Below are positions 1 to 9,545 of a stretch of DNA of 32,000 bases, piece after piece (position 1 is the first letter of the stretch; each line of letters starts with the position of its first letter). Position numbers and translations under genes: made by a program. Source of the DNA: Phycisphaera mikurensis NBRC 102666 (lineage in GTDB: Bacteria; Planctomycetota; Phycisphaerae; Phycisphaerales; Phycisphaeraceae); NCBI RefSeq assembly GCF_000284115.1, contig NC_017080.1, positions 3,270,001 to 3,302,000 of the forward strand. The letters run 5' to 3'. Below the pieces are notes generated by a model, which saw nothing but the letters and a program-made list of their open reading frames with translations, was not told the DNA's origin and made no database searches.

Positions 1-291
1 GTGGAGATCACCCACGGCGGCTTCTCCGCCGGCATCACGGCGGAGAAGTTCCGCCCCCACGTGATCCTCGTGGACCTGCACCTGGACACCATCCGCGGCG
101 AGGACGTCGTCAAGCTGGTCCGCTCCACCGACGACCTGCAGATGAGCAAGGTCATCGCGATGAGCTCCAAGCTCACCGACGGGCAGGCGGGGGCGCTGCT
201 CTCGCAGGGCTTCGACGGCTACCTGCGGAAGCCCTTCCACGCCCGCAGCGTCATCGAGCAGATCGAGAAGGCGACCTCCTTCGTCTACTGA
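1..291 (+). CDS. Response regulator receiver domain, C-terminal part (5' truncated by window)
   Basis: Translation PHVILVDLHLDTIRGEDVVKLVRS...SKVIAMSSK...GFDGYLRKPFHARSVIEQIEK matches the D-x(n)-S/T-x(n)-K-P layout of receiver domains; stop at 291. Confidence 0.8.
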   Translation: MEITHGGFSAGITAEKFRPHVILVDLHLDTIRGEDVVKLVRSTDDLQMSKVIAMSSKLTDGQAGALLSQGFDGYLRKPFHARSVIEQIEKATSFVY

Positions 292-319
292 AACGCGCCG
301 ACCTCCGAGGCGCGAAGCG

Positions 320-353
320 GAAGAGCCGGCCGGGCCCCGCCCGCCGGCTCTTC
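320..353 (+). terminator. Candidate intrinsic terminator hairpin after the response regulator
   Basis: Perfect 11-bp inverted repeat GAAGAGCCGGC (320-330) / GCCGGCTCTTC (343-353), 12-nt loop, 28 nt after the stop codon; no long U tract. Confidence 0.55.
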
Positions 354-404
354 GCGTGCGCGGCGGGCCGCTGCGCCGCCGCCTTGGAGCCAGCAGCGGC
401 CTGC

Positions 405-419
405 TAGGTTGCGGCCATG
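405..419 (+). promoter_or_regulatory. Leaderless -10/start module (pyrG)
   Basis: TAGGTT, 6 nt, ATG. Confidence 0.6.
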
Positions 420-2282
420 CCCAGCGGGAACGCCGAACTCCAGGCCGACACGGCCCAACGCCTCGCGGACGCGGGATCCGAGGAGGCCACGGCGGACAGC
501 GAGTTCTACGACCCGATGCCCGCGGGCTACGTCCGCGGCCGTCACCGCTACGTGATGGTTTTCGGCACGGTGATGTCGGGGCTGGGCAAGGGCATCTTCG
601 CCTCCTCCCTGGCGAAGCTGCTGAAAGACAAGGGCCTCACGGTCGCGCCCATCAAGCTCGAGGGGTACCTGAACCTCGACTCCGGGACGCTGTCGCCTTA
701 CCGCCACGGCGAGGTGTTCGTGCTCGACGACGGGCTCGAGACCGACATGGACCTGGGCACGTACGAGCGGCTGCTCGACCAGGACCTCACCCGGCAGAAC
801 TACGCGACGGCCGGCCGCATCTTCCAGGAGGTTCTCAACAAGGAGCGCGCGGGCGACTACCTCGGCCGCGACGTGCAGATGATCCCCCACGTCACCGGCA
901 GCGTGAAGCACATGCTCCGCTCGCTCGCGGTGGAGACCGGGGCGGACGTCGTCTTCATCGAGGTCGGCGGGACCGTCGGCGACTACGAGAACGCCTTCTA
1001 CATCGAAGCCCTGCGGCAGCTGGCCTTCGAGGAGGGGCCCAGCTCGGCCTCGATGGTCGCGCTCACCTACGTGATCGAGCCGCCCGCCCTGGGCGAGCAG
1101 AAGACCAAGGCGGCTCAGCTGGGCCTCAAGAAGCTGCTCGAGGCGGGCGTTCAGCCGCACATCGTGGCGACACGCTCCGCCGAGCCGCTGACCGATCCGG
1201 CCCGCGAGAAGATCGCGATGTTCTCGGGTGTGCCCGTCGCAAACGTCTTCTCGATGCACGACCGCGAGAGCATCTACACGATCCCCGAGGACCTGCACGA
1301 GATCGGGCTCGACACCGAGGTTCTCACGAGGCTGCGGCTGCTCGACCGGGTGAGCGTGGAGAAGGAGGAAGCGGCGCGAGCAAGGTGGCAGCGCTTCGTG
1401 GGCAAGCTCAAGGGGGAGCGGCGGTTCTCGCTGAAGCTCGGCCTCACCGGCAAGTACGCCGCGCTCCGCGACGCGTACGCCTCCGTCGACAAGGCCATCG
1501 AGCACGTCGGCGCCCGCCTCTCCTGCGACATCGACGTCGACTGGCTCGACACCACCACCTTCGAACCCGACGAGGCGGCCGGCCGCCTCGCCGAGATGGA
1601 CGCGGTCATCGTCCCCGGCGGCTTCGGCCAGCGGGGCACCGAGAGCAAGATCGGCTGCGTCCGCCACTGCCGCGAGAGCGGGACGCCGTACCTGGGCATC
1701 TGCCTGGGCTTCCAGATGGCGGTCATCGAGCACGCCCGCCACGTCGCGGGCCTGCCGGGCGCCGGCTCCTCGGAGCTGAGCCCCGGCTGCGAGGACAAGG
1801 TCGTCGACATCCTCCCCGAGCAGAAGGCCATCGAGGGCCTCGGCGGCAACATGCGGCTCGGCGGGCAGTCCGTCCTCGTCCAGCCCGACACGCTCGCGGC
1901 GTTCCTGTACCGCGTCCGCGAGCAGGACGGGGGCGGCGTGAAGGGCGGCGGGCCGCACGAGCCCTTCACGGTGCGCGAGCGCTTCCGCCACCGCTACGAG
2001 GTCGACCCGGCGTACATCCAGCGGCTCGAAGCGGCGGGCCTGGTCTTCTCCGGCCGCCATCCGGTGCAACCCATCATGCAGGTGCTCGAGCTGCCTCCGG
2101 CGCAGCACCCCTTCTTCCTCGCCGGCCAGTTCCACCCGGAGCTGACCAGCCGCCCGCTGCGGCCGCAGCCGATGTTCATGGGCCTCATCGCCGCCGCGAT
2201 CCGCCGCAAGCACCCCGACGCCGCGTCCGACCCCGGCGTCGCGCGGTGGAGCCGCGCGTCCCCCGCACGCACGCCCGCCTGA
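417..2282 (+). CDS. pyrG: CTP synthase, divergent
   Basis: GLGKGIFASSLAKLL, GYLNLDSGTLSPYRHGEVFVLDDGLETDMDLGTYER, glutaminase motifs VPGGFGQRG and YLGICLGFQ, C-terminal FHPELTSRP. Confidence 0.92.
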   Translation: MPSGNAELQADTAQRLADAGSEEATADSEFYDPMPAGYVRGRHRYVMVFGTVMSGLGKGIFASSLAKLLKDKGLTVAPIKLEGYLNLDSGTLSPYRHGEVFVLDDGLETDMDLGTYERLLDQDLTRQNYATAGRIFQEVLNKERAGDYLGRDVQMIPHVTGSVKHMLRSLAVETGADVVFIEVGGTVGDYENAFYIEALRQLAFEEGPSSASMVALTYVIEPPALGEQKTKAAQLGLKKLLEAGVQPHIVATRSAEPLTDPAREKIAMFSGVPVANVFSMHDRESIYTIPEDLHEIGLDTEVLTRLRLLDRVSVEKEEAARARWQRFVGKLKGERRFSLKLGLTGKYAALRDAYASVDKAIEHVGARLSCDIDVDWLDTTTFEPDEAAGRLAEMDAVIVPGGFGQRGTESKIGCVRHCRESGTPYLGICLGFQMAVIEHARHVAGLPGAGSSELSPGCEDKVVDILPEQKAIEGLGGNMRLGGQSVLVQPDTLAAFLYRVREQDGGGVKGGGPHEPFTVRERFRHRYEVDPAYIQRLEAAGLVFSGRHPVQPIMQVLELPPAQHPFFLAGQFHPELTSRPLRPQPMFMGLIAAAIRRKHPDAASDPGVARWSRASPARTPA

Positions 2283-2341
2283 GCCCGGCGGCCGCCGCGC
2301 GTCCTTGCCCACGCCCGCGTTTCGGGGCAACGCCGCGTCCG

Positions 2342-2357
2342 CGCCCCCGCCGGGGCG
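2342..2357. terminator. Candidate bidirectional hairpin between convergent genes
   Basis: CGCCCC-CGCC-GGGGCG between convergent stops at 2282 (+) and 2407 (-). Confidence 0.3.
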
Positions 2358-2406
2358 TGGAGCAGGCCCGCCGTGCCCGGCACCACCCAAGCGGAGGCAA
2401 CAGCAG

Positions 2407-4236
2407 TCAGGCCCCCGCGCCCGCGGCCGCGGACAGGTACCGGTGCAGGCCCTGGATCACCACGCTGCCCTCGCCCACCGCGGAGGCGACCCGCTTCACC
2501 GAGTCGGCCCGCACGTCGCCGACGGCGAAGAAGCCCGGGCGGCTGGTCTCGCCGATGTGCGGGTCACGCTTCAGCGGCCAGGTGCACACGCTCCGGCCGT
2601 CCTCTTCCCGGGCGTGGGCGTCCTTGCCGGTGCGGAGGAAGCCCTTCTCGTCGCGCTCCGCGACGCCTCTGGCGAAGTCGCTGTTGGGGGTGGCGCCGAT
2701 CATCGTGAACACGTGGGCGATGTCGCGGTCCTCGGTCACCTTGCCGGCCTCGCCGTCCACCTCCCAGGTGATCGACTCCAGGCGACCCTCGCCGTGCAGC
2801 CCCGCGATCTGCGTCTTCCTGTGCAGCGTGATGTCGCGGCTGGCCTCGATCCGGCGGAGCAGGTAGTCGCTCATCGAGTCCGCGAGAGAGTCACCGCGGA
2901 TGAGCACGTGCACGTGCTTGGCGCGGCGGGAGAGGAACACCGCGGCCTGGCCGGCGGAGTTGCCTCCGCCCACGACCGCCACCTCCTCGTTCTCGCAGAG
3001 CGCCGCCTCCACGGCCGTCGCGGCGTAGTGCAGGCCGCATCCCTCGAACTCCGCCTCGCGGTCCAGGCCCAGCTTGCGGTAGGCCGCGCCGCTGGCGGCC
3101 ACCACGCTGCGGGCACGCACCGGGGCGCCGTGGTCGAGGTGGAGGAGAAAGTGGGGCGCGCCCTCGCCGGCGTTGACGCCGGCGGAGCCCTCCGGCGGCT
3201 CCGCGTCCCGCTCCTCCGCGTCGGGGCGGCCGAGCGCCTCCACCCGCTCCACCCGCCGCGGCAGCGCCATCACCGCCCCGAACTTCTCCGCCTGGGCCTG
3301 CGCCCGCGCCGCCAGCTCGCCGCCGGAGAGCCCCAGCGGGAAGCCCAGGTAGTTCTCGATCTTCGACGAGGTGCCGGCCTGCCCCCCCGCCGCCACGAGC
3401 TCCAGCACGACCGTGCGGAGGCCCTCGCTGGCCGCGTACACCGCCGCGGCGAGCCCGCCGGGGCCGGCGCCGATGACGGCCACGTCGAAGACGTCCCCGG
3501 GGTCGAGCTCGGCGTCGAGCCCGAGGCAGCAGGCGACCTCCTTGAGCGAGGGGCACGACAGCACGCGGTCGCCGGCGCAGACCACCACGGGGCAGTCCCG
3601 GGGCGTGAGGCCGTGCTTCTCGAGCACCGCGGCGGCCTCGGCGCCGCCGTCGCCATCGGCGTGGAGCACCTGGTGCGGGTGCCCGTTGCGGGAGAGGAAA
3701 CGCTCCAGCTCCAGCGTCCGCCCGTCCCCCCGCTCGCCGACGAGCAGGACGCCGCCCTGGGCGTTCTCGATGAGGCCGATCCGCCGGAGGATGAACGCGC
3801 GGAGCACCACGTCGCCGATGTCCGGCTCGGCGGCGAGCATCTCGCGGAAGCGGGCCCGGGGCACGCGGATCACCTCGCCGCCGCCGCCACCGAGCCGGCC
3901 GGAAACGAGGATCTTGCGGTCGTTGAAGAGGTCCAGCTCGCCGGTGAACTGCCGCTGCGCGTGCGTGGTGATCACCTCGATCTCGCCGTCGCGGTGGAGA
4001 GCCTCGGGGTCGAAGATCTCGATGCAGCCCGAGACCAGGACGTAGAAGTCGACCGACCGCTGGCCGCGTTCGAAGACCAGCACGCCCTCGCCGTGCCGCT
4101 CGCGCTCGCCGAAAGCCGCCGCCCGCTGGATCTGGTCTTCGCTGAGCTGCGGGAAGGCGAAGCGCTCGTTGCCCTCCAGCGTCGCGGTGGCGGAGCCGTG
4201 GGGTGCGTGACGGGCCGGCCTCGGGCTTGCGCTCAT
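2407..4236 (-). CDS. Cyclic-nucleotide-binding domain fused to thioredoxin-reductase-like FAD/NAD(P) oxidoreductase
   Basis: N-terminal VLVFERGQRSVDFYVLVSGCIEIF (cNMP-binding fold), then VAVIGAGPGGLAAAVYAASEGLRTVVLE, GGQAGTSSKIENYLGFP, VAVVGGGNSAGQAAVFLS, PGFFAVGDVRADSVKRVASAVGEGS. Confidence 0.85.
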   Translation of the reverse strand: MSASPRPARHAPHGSATATLEGNERFAFPQLSEDQIQRAAAFGERERHGEGVLVFERGQRSVDFYVLVSGCIEIFDPEALHRDGEIEVITTHAQRQFTGELDLFNDRKILVSGRLGGGGGEVIRVPRARFREMLAAEPDIGDVVLRAFILRRIGLIENAQGGVLLVGERGDGRTLELERFLSRNGHPHQVLHADGDGGAEAAAVLEKHGLTPRDCPVVVCAGDRVLSCPSLKEVACCLGLDAELDPGDVFDVAVIGAGPGGLAAAVYAASEGLRTVVLELVAAGGQAGTSSKIENYLGFPLGLSGGELAARAQAQAEKFGAVMALPRRVERVEALGRPDAEERDAEPPEGSAGVNAGEGAPHFLLHLDHGAPVRARSVVAASGAAYRKLGLDREAEFEGCGLHYAATAVEAALCENEEVAVVGGGNSAGQAAVFLSRRAKHVHVLIRGDSLADSMSDYLLRRIEASRDITLHRKTQIAGLHGEGRLESITWEVDGEAGKVTEDRDIAHVFTMIGATPNSDFARGVAERDEKGFLRTGKDAHAREEDGRSVCTWPLKRDPHIGETSRPGFFAVGDVRADSVKRVASAVGEGSVVIQGLHRYLSAAAGAGA

Positions 4237-4252
4237 GGGTGAGGGTAGATCC

Positions 4253-4606
4253 TCACTCGGCGGCGACCGCCGGGAGGCCGTCGCCGCCGGCGAGCATCGC
4301 CCGCTCGAGCACCTCCGAGGGCGACGCATCGCTCCGGGCGTGCGCGAACACCGCGTCCAGCGCTGCGCCGCCGGCCGCGTCGAGCTCGCGGATGGCGCCG
4401 TCGAGCCTCCGCTGCGTCGTGGGGGAGGGCCGGTCCGCGTCCTCCACGAACGCGACCGCCGCCGAGCCGAGGGCGCCGGAGAGGTCGTCGAGGTGCGTGG
4501 AGGTCAGCCCGAGCCTCTCGCCCTGCTGCTGCCACCGCTCGAACCGCAGCGCGAACCACGAGAGCTTCGGCTGTGCATCGGTGGGCGGCCCCGGTTCAAA
4601 TTCCAT
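4253..4606 (-). CDS. Hypothetical protein
   Basis: Open frame from ATG 4606 (MEFEPGPPTDAQPKL...) with AGAGGA-type SD upstream and a TATAAA box on the minus strand near 4646-4651. Confidence 0.5.
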   Translation of the reverse strand: MEFEPGPPTDAQPKLSWFALRFERWQQQGERLGLTSTHLDDLSGALGSAAVAFVEDADRPSPTTQRRLDGAIRELDAAGGAALDAVFAHARSDASPSEVLERAMLAGGDGLPAVAAE

Positions 4607-4646
4607 ACGGCCGATTCCTCTCGAACGCCCCCATCCGCCGACGGCT

Positions 4647-5147
4647 TTATACCGCCCGGCCACCGGTCGCGTTCTCGCCGAGGTCGTTCTCCGCGAGCAG
4701 CTCGTAGTGCCGCCGCCGCAGCAGCTGCCCCGCGAGCACGATGTCGTCGGTCTGCAGCGCGATCACGGCGCGGCCGTGCGGGCGGACCAGCAGCGGGTAC
4801 GCGTAGTGGATGTTCAGCTCGGCTTGCACCAGCACCTGGCACACGTCGGGCAGGGAATCCTCCTGCGGGAGCTCCACCGCCACGACGTCGCTCTCCGAGC
4901 AGGCGTGCTCGCCGCGGTAGAGCAGCCGCCGGCAGAGCTCCGAACGCGAGGTCAGCAGGCGGACCACCGCGTGGTCCGCGGAATCGACCACCGAGAGCCC
5001 CGCGAGCGTGCAGTGCGGCTGGTCGCGGAACATCTCCAGCAGGTCCCGCAGCCGGCCGACGCGGTTGTCCAGGAAGACGCTGAACTGCACGTTCCGCGGC
5101 GGCTCATATCCCTGCGCCGTCGGGACCTCGGTTCGCGTCAAGGGCAT
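4647..5147 (-). CDS. ACT-domain-like protein
   Basis: NVQFSVFLDNRVGRLRDLLEMFRDQPHCTLAGLSVVDSADHAVVRLLTS...LNIHYAYPLLVRPHGRAVIALQTDD, two ACT-like segments. Confidence 0.75.
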   Translation of the reverse strand: MPLTRTEVPTAQGYEPPRNVQFSVFLDNRVGRLRDLLEMFRDQPHCTLAGLSVVDSADHAVVRLLTSRSELCRRLLYRGEHACSESDVVAVELPQEDSLPDVCQVLVQAELNIHYAYPLLVRPHGRAVIALQTDDIVLAGQLLRRRHYELLAENDLGENATGGRAV

Positions 5148-5302
5148 GAGACACAGCCTACGGCTGCGCCCCGGGGGGAGATTCCGACGCGAGGGGCGGG
5201 GCGATCGGACGGGTCCGCGGCTCCGGGGATCCCGGGCTCGTCCACCTCCTTCCGAGGTCGCGGGCATCGCGGGCCTCGGGCGTGGGAGGTAGCGTCTTGC
5301 CC

Positions 5303-6022
5303 GTGCGTGCCGAGAACTCCGAGACGCCGACGCCGACGCCCCACGAGCAGCCGCACCGCACGCAGCGGGCGGGGTGGCTGCGGGCGGCGGTGCTCGGCGG
5401 CAACGACGGCGTGGTGTCGGTGGCGAGCGTGGTGGTGGGCGTGGCCAGCGGCGGGGCCGACGCCGAGACGATCGCTCTGGCGGGGACGGCGGCGCTCGTG
5501 GCGGGCGCGGTGTCGATGGCGGCGGGCGAGTACGTGAGCGTGCGGAGCCAGGCGGACCTGGAGGCGGCGGAGCTGGAGCTGGAGCGGCGGGCGCTCGTGG
5601 ACCACCCCGGCGAGGAGCTCGACGAGCTGGCGGCGGTGTACGAGGGCCGGGGGCTGAGGCCGGAGCTCGCGCGCGAGGTGGCGGCGGCGCTCACGGCCCA
5701 TGATGCGCTGGCCGCCCACGCCCGCGACGAGATGGGCATCAGCGACGCCCTCGCGGCGCGGCCGACGGTGGCCGCGGCGGCGTCGGCCGCGGCCTTCGTG
5801 GCCGGCGGGGTGCTGCCGCTGCTCGCGGCGGTGCTCACGCCGCACGACTGGACCTTCTGGCTCGTCCCCGCGGCGACGCTGCTGACGCTGGCCGGGCTCG
5901 GCGGGCTGGCCGGGCACGCCGGCGGCGCGAGCGTGCTGCGCGGGGCCTGGCGGGTGACTTTCTGGGGCGCGGCGGCGATGGCCCTGACCGCGGCGGTGGG
6001 CCGGCTCTTCGGCGTCGGCTGA
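5303..6022 (+). CDS. VIT1/CCC1 family transporter
   Basis: RAAVLGGNDGVVSVASVVVGVASGGA...AGAVSMAAGEYVSVRSQADLE is the VIT/CCC1 signature; start placed at GTG 5303 rather than 5282 because of the TAGCGT hexamer at 5290-5295. Confidence 0.85.
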   Translation: MRAENSETPTPTPHEQPHRTQRAGWLRAAVLGGNDGVVSVASVVVGVASGGADAETIALAGTAALVAGAVSMAAGEYVSVRSQADLEAAELELERRALVDHPGEELDELAAVYEGRGLRPELAREVAAALTAHDALAAHARDEMGISDALAARPTVAAAASAAAFVAGGVLPLLAAVLTPHDWTFWLVPAATLLTLAGLGGLAGHAGGASVLRGAWRVTFWGAAAMALTAAVGRLFGVG

Positions 6023-6084
6023 AACCGCGGACCGCCGCGCGGAACCGCTCCGAACCGCGACGGTCCGCGGATCTCCGCGACGCC

Positions 6085-7257
6085 TCAGCCGCAGGCGAGC
6101 AGCGCATCGCCCGCGTCCACCGCGGCGGGCGCCTCCGGCGGCAGCGACGCGCGCGTCGGCACGCCCGGGCCGTCGGCCTCGTAGAAGTCCGCGAGCACCG
6201 CCTCCCACTCCGCGAGGTTCTTCACGCGGATGAACCGCTGGCGGATCGCGGGCCCGTCGAGGTGGTGCCGGCTGAAGCGGATGCCGAACTTGCGCATCGT
6301 CCGCCCGGCGTGCTGCTCGCCGTCGCGGGCGACCGCCAGGGCGAAGTGCTCCCGCAGCACGTCGCGCTGCTGGAAGACCGTCGGCGGCCGCAGCGCATCC
6401 AGGTCGACCGGCTCGCCGGCCCGCATCCGCCCCGCCGCCCGTTCGGCCGCCACGGAGCGGGCTTGGCGGAACACCCAGGGGTTGCCGATGCAGCCGCGGG
6501 CGACGCTGACCCAGTCCACGCCGGTGCCGTCGAGCATCGCGAAGACGTCGGCCGCCGTCCAGACGTCGCCGGAGCCGCCGAGGACGAAGCGGGACCCGTC
6601 CGCGGGCCCGTCGAAGAATGCCCCGAGCCGGTACCGCCGGGCGATCTCCCGCAGCCGCGGCCGGTGGCCGGGGCCCACGTACTTCTGCTGCACCGTGCGG
6701 CTGTGGACCGTCGCCCCGGAGAGCCCCAGCTCCATCGCCCCCTCGAACACGCGGGCGAACGCTGCTTCGGCCCCGGGCGAATCGTCGTAGCCGCGACGCA
6801 GCTTCACCGTCACCGGCACCTCGGACCCGACCGCGTCCATCGTCGCGCGGAGGATGTCCAGCGCCTCCTCGGGCACCGAGAGCAGGTGCCCGCCGCGGGC
6901 CTTCTTCTTGATCTTCTTCACCGGGCAGGCGAGGTTCACGTCGACCACGTCGTAGCCGAGCTTCACGAGGATCCTCGCGCCCTCCGCGAGCTCGTCGGGG
7001 TGCGAGCCCATCAGCTGGCCCGCGATCGGGGCGTCGGGGCCGCGGTCGTCCGCGTCGAGTTCGGCCGCGGCGAGGCCCTTCCCGCCGTTCACGAGGAAGC
7101 GGTCGAGCATCGCCTCGGTGACGCAGAAGGGGCAGCCGTGGCGGCGGGCGATCCGCCGCATCGACGCGTCGGAGTAGCCGGCCAGCCCCGCCTGGAAGAA
7201 GGGCGCGGCGACGGGCACGGCCGCCGGGCCGCCGGGTTGTCCGCCGAGCTTCAGCAC
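6085..7257 (-). CDS. tRNA-dihydrouridine synthase (Dus family)
   Basis: PIAGQLMGSHP, YDVVDVNLACPVKK, VTVKLRRGYDD, GLSGATVHSRTVQQKY, WVSVARGCIGNPWVFRQ. Confidence 0.88.
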   Translation of the reverse strand: MLKLGGQPGGPAAVPVAAPFFQAGLAGYSDASMRRIARRHGCPFCVTEAMLDRFLVNGGKGLAAAELDADDRGPDAPIAGQLMGSHPDELAEGARILVKLGYDVVDVNLACPVKKIKKKARGGHLLSVPEEALDILRATMDAVGSEVPVTVKLRRGYDDSPGAEAAFARVFEGAMELGLSGATVHSRTVQQKYVGPGHRPRLREIARRYRLGAFFDGPADGSRFVLGGSGDVWTAADVFAMLDGTGVDWVSVARGCIGNPWVFRQARSVAAERAAGRMRAGEPVDLDALRPPTVFQQRDVLREHFALAVARDGEQHAGRTMRKFGIRFSRHHLDGPAIRQRFIRVKNLAEWEAVLADFYEADGPGVPTRASLPPEAPAAVDAGDALLACG

Positions 7258-7280
7258 GCGGGCATGCTAAACCCGCGGCG

Positions 7281-7727
7281 ATGCGTGCCCTCCCCGCAAG
7301 CCTCCTGCTCGCCGCCGTCCTGCTCCCCGGCTGCGGCGTCGCCCGCCCCGCCGGCTGGTCGGAGACCCGCGCCCGGCTCGCGGCCGCCCGCTACCCCGAA
7401 CCGGCCGCGGCCGACGCGGAGCGGGGGGCGCCGCTCCGCGTCGACGTCGTCCGCGACGGCGGCAGCCTCTACCTCATCAACCGCGAGCCCCGCCGTCTCG
7501 ACGGCGCCCGCCTCTGGTTGAATCAGCAGTGGGCGGGCGACCTGGAGCGTGTGCCGATCGGACCGGGGGCGTGGATCCCGCTCGACCGCTTCATCAACCG
7601 CCACGGCGAGCCCTTCCCGCGGGGGCGTTTCCTGCGGCCCGACCTCGCCAAGCCCCTCATCCTCGCCGAGCTCGTGCCGGCGGGCTCGGCCACGCTGCGG
7701 CCGCTGACGGTGATCCCGGAGGACTGA
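7281..7727 (+). CDS. Putative lipoprotein of unknown function
   Basis: Signal peptide and lipobox MRALPASLLLAAVLLPGCG. Confidence 0.65.
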   Translation: MRALPASLLLAAVLLPGCGVARPAGWSETRARLAAARYPEPAAADAERGAPLRVDVVRDGGSLYLINREPRRLDGARLWLNQQWAGDLERVPIGPGAWIPLDRFINRHGEPFPRGRFLRPDLAKPLILAELVPAGSATLRPLTVIPED

Positions 7728-7782
7728 AGGCGGAGCCGCAGCGCTCCGCTGGATCGCCGTGCGACCGGGCCCGCGGCACCCG

Positions 7783-7797
7783 TAACCTCTCCGCATG
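7783..7797 (+). promoter_or_regulatory. Leaderless -10/start module (pgi)
   Basis: TAACCT, 6 nt, ATG. Confidence 0.55.
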
Positions 7798-9426
7798 CCC
7801 GACGCACCCGCCTCCCACGCCGCCCCCACGCCCTACACCCCCCGCGACGCGGCGGCGCTGTGGAAGCGGTACCAGAACCTGCTGGTCCGCGTGGCCTCGG
7901 TGGGCCTCTCGCTGGACGTCTCGCGCATGGAGCCGGCCGATGGCTTCTGGAAGCGGATGGAGCCGCGCATGCAGGAAGCCTTCGCCGCGATGGAGAAGCT
8001 CGAGGAGGGCGCCATCGCCAACCCCGACGAGGGCCGGAGGGTCGGCCACTACTGGCTGCGCGACCCCGGGCTCGCGCCCGAGCAGGAGCTGACCGAGGCG
8101 ATCGAGCGGACGATCCACGACGTGAAGGGCTTCGCCGCGAGCGTCCACAGCAAGGAGATCGCTCCGCCGGACGAGAAGGCGCCCCGCTTCACCGACCTGC
8201 TGTCGATCGGCATCGGCGGCTCGGCGCTGGGCCCGCAGCTGGTCGCCGACGCGCTGGGGGTGAAGCGGGACAAGATGAAGGTCCACTTCATCGACAACAC
8301 CGACACCGACGGCATCCGCCGGACGCTGGAGAACCTGGGCTCGCGGCTGAAGTCGACGCTGGTCCTGGTCGTCAGCAAGTCCGGCGGCACGCCGGAGCCG
8401 CGCAACGGCATGGTGGAAGCGAAAGCCGCCTTCCGGCGAGCGGGCCTGGACTTCGCGAAGCAGGCCGTCGCCATCACCGGCGAGGGCAGCAAACTCGACG
8501 GGATCGCCAAGAGCGAGGGCTGGCTGCGCCGCTTCCCGATGTTCGACTGGGTCGGCGGCCGCACCTCGGTCATGGCCACCGTGGGCCTCGTGCCCGCGGC
8601 ACTGCAGGGCATCGACGTCGATCGCTTCCTGCTGGGGGCCAGGAAGATGGACGCCGCCACGCGGAACCCCAAGACGGCGAAGAACCCCGCCGCGATGCTC
8701 GCGCTCATGTGGTTCCACGCCACCGGCGGCACCGGCGAGAAGGACATGGTCGTGCTGCCCTACAAGGACCGCCTGCTGCTGCTCAGCCGCTACCTGCAGC
8801 AGCTGGTGATGGAGAGCCTCGGCAAGGAGCTCGACCTCGACGGCAACGTCGTGCACCAGGGCATCGCCGTCTACGGCAACAAGGGCTCGACCGACCAGCA
8901 CGCCTACGTGCAGCAGCTGCGCGACGGCACGAACAACTTCTTCGCGACCTTCGTGACGGTGCTGCAGGACACCCCGCGCGCCGGCCGTGACCCGGTCATC
9001 GACGTCGATGGTGGCGAGCACGTCACCACCTCCGGGGACTACCTCACCGGCTTCTATCTCGGCACGCGCAAGGCCCTCTACGAGAACGGCCGCGAGTCGA
9101 TGACGATCACGCTGGACAAGCTCGACGCCCAGAGCCTCGGCGCCGTCATCGCGCTCTACGAGCGGGCCGTCGGCCTCTACGCCTCGCTGGTGAACGTCAA
9201 CGCGTACCACCAGCCCGGGGTCGAGGCCGGCAAGAAGGCCGCGGCCGGCGTGCTCGACCTGCAGAACGCCCTGCTCGACCGGCTCACCGACAAGGCGCAG
9301 AGCGCCGAAGCCCTGGCCGCGGCCGCGGGCCAGCCGGATCAGGCCGAGACCGCGCTGCACCTGCTCGAGCACCTCGCCGCCAACAAGCGGATCGCCAAGC
9401 GGGCGGGCAAGTACCTGAAAGCCTGA
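7795..9426 (+). CDS. pgi: Glucose-6-phosphate isomerase
   Basis: [37 protein letters not shown], full-length alpha/beta SIS-type sequence. Confidence 0.85.
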   Translation: MPDAPASHAAPTPYTPRDAAALWKRYQNLLVRVASVGLSLDVSRMEPADGFWKRMEPRMQEAFAAMEKLEEGAIANPDEGRRVGHYWLRDPGLAPEQELTEAIERTIHDVKGFAASVHSKEIAPPDEKAPRFTDLLSIGIGGSALGPQLVADALGVKRDKMKVHFIDNTDTDGIRRTLENLGSRLKSTLVLVVSKSGGTPEPRNGMVEAKAAFRRAGLDFAKQAVAITGEGSKLDGIAKSEGWLRRFPMFDWVGGRTSVMATVGLVPAALQGIDVDRFLLGARKMDAATRNPKTAKNPAAMLALMWFHATGGTGEKDMVVLPYKDRLLLLSRYLQQLVMESLGKELDLDGNVVHQGIAVYGNKGSTDQHAYVQQLRDGTNNFFATFVTVLQDTPRAGRDPVIDVDGGEHVTTSGDYLTGFYLGTRKALYENGRESMTITLDKLDAQSLGAVIALYERAVGLYASLVNVNAYHQPGVEAGKKAAAGVLDLQNALLDRLTDKAQSAEALAAAAGQPDQAETALHLLEHLAANKRIAKRAGKYLKA

Positions 9427-9467
9427 CCGCACGGCCCGCGGGCGGTGCGATCGCGCAGCGTCGCGTT

Positions 9468-9481
9468 GTCGGGCGCCCGAC
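9468..9481. repeat. 14-bp perfect palindrome between convergent genes
   Basis: GTCGGGCGCCCGAC between the pgi stop (9426) and the stop of the minus-strand gene (9546). Confidence 0.5.
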
Positions 9482-9545
9482 GCCCGGGAAGGCGTGGTGC
9501 CGGGAGCGGGATCCGCTCGTGCGCCCCGGCTTGCCGGAACGCAGC

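Noticed and set aside
285-2390. Long antisense ORF opposite pyrG (701 aa), and 356..2866 in another frame
   Set aside because: GC-rich genomes have many stop-free shadow frames; low-complexity Arg/Gly/Ala product, and the pyrG frame has clear family motifs.
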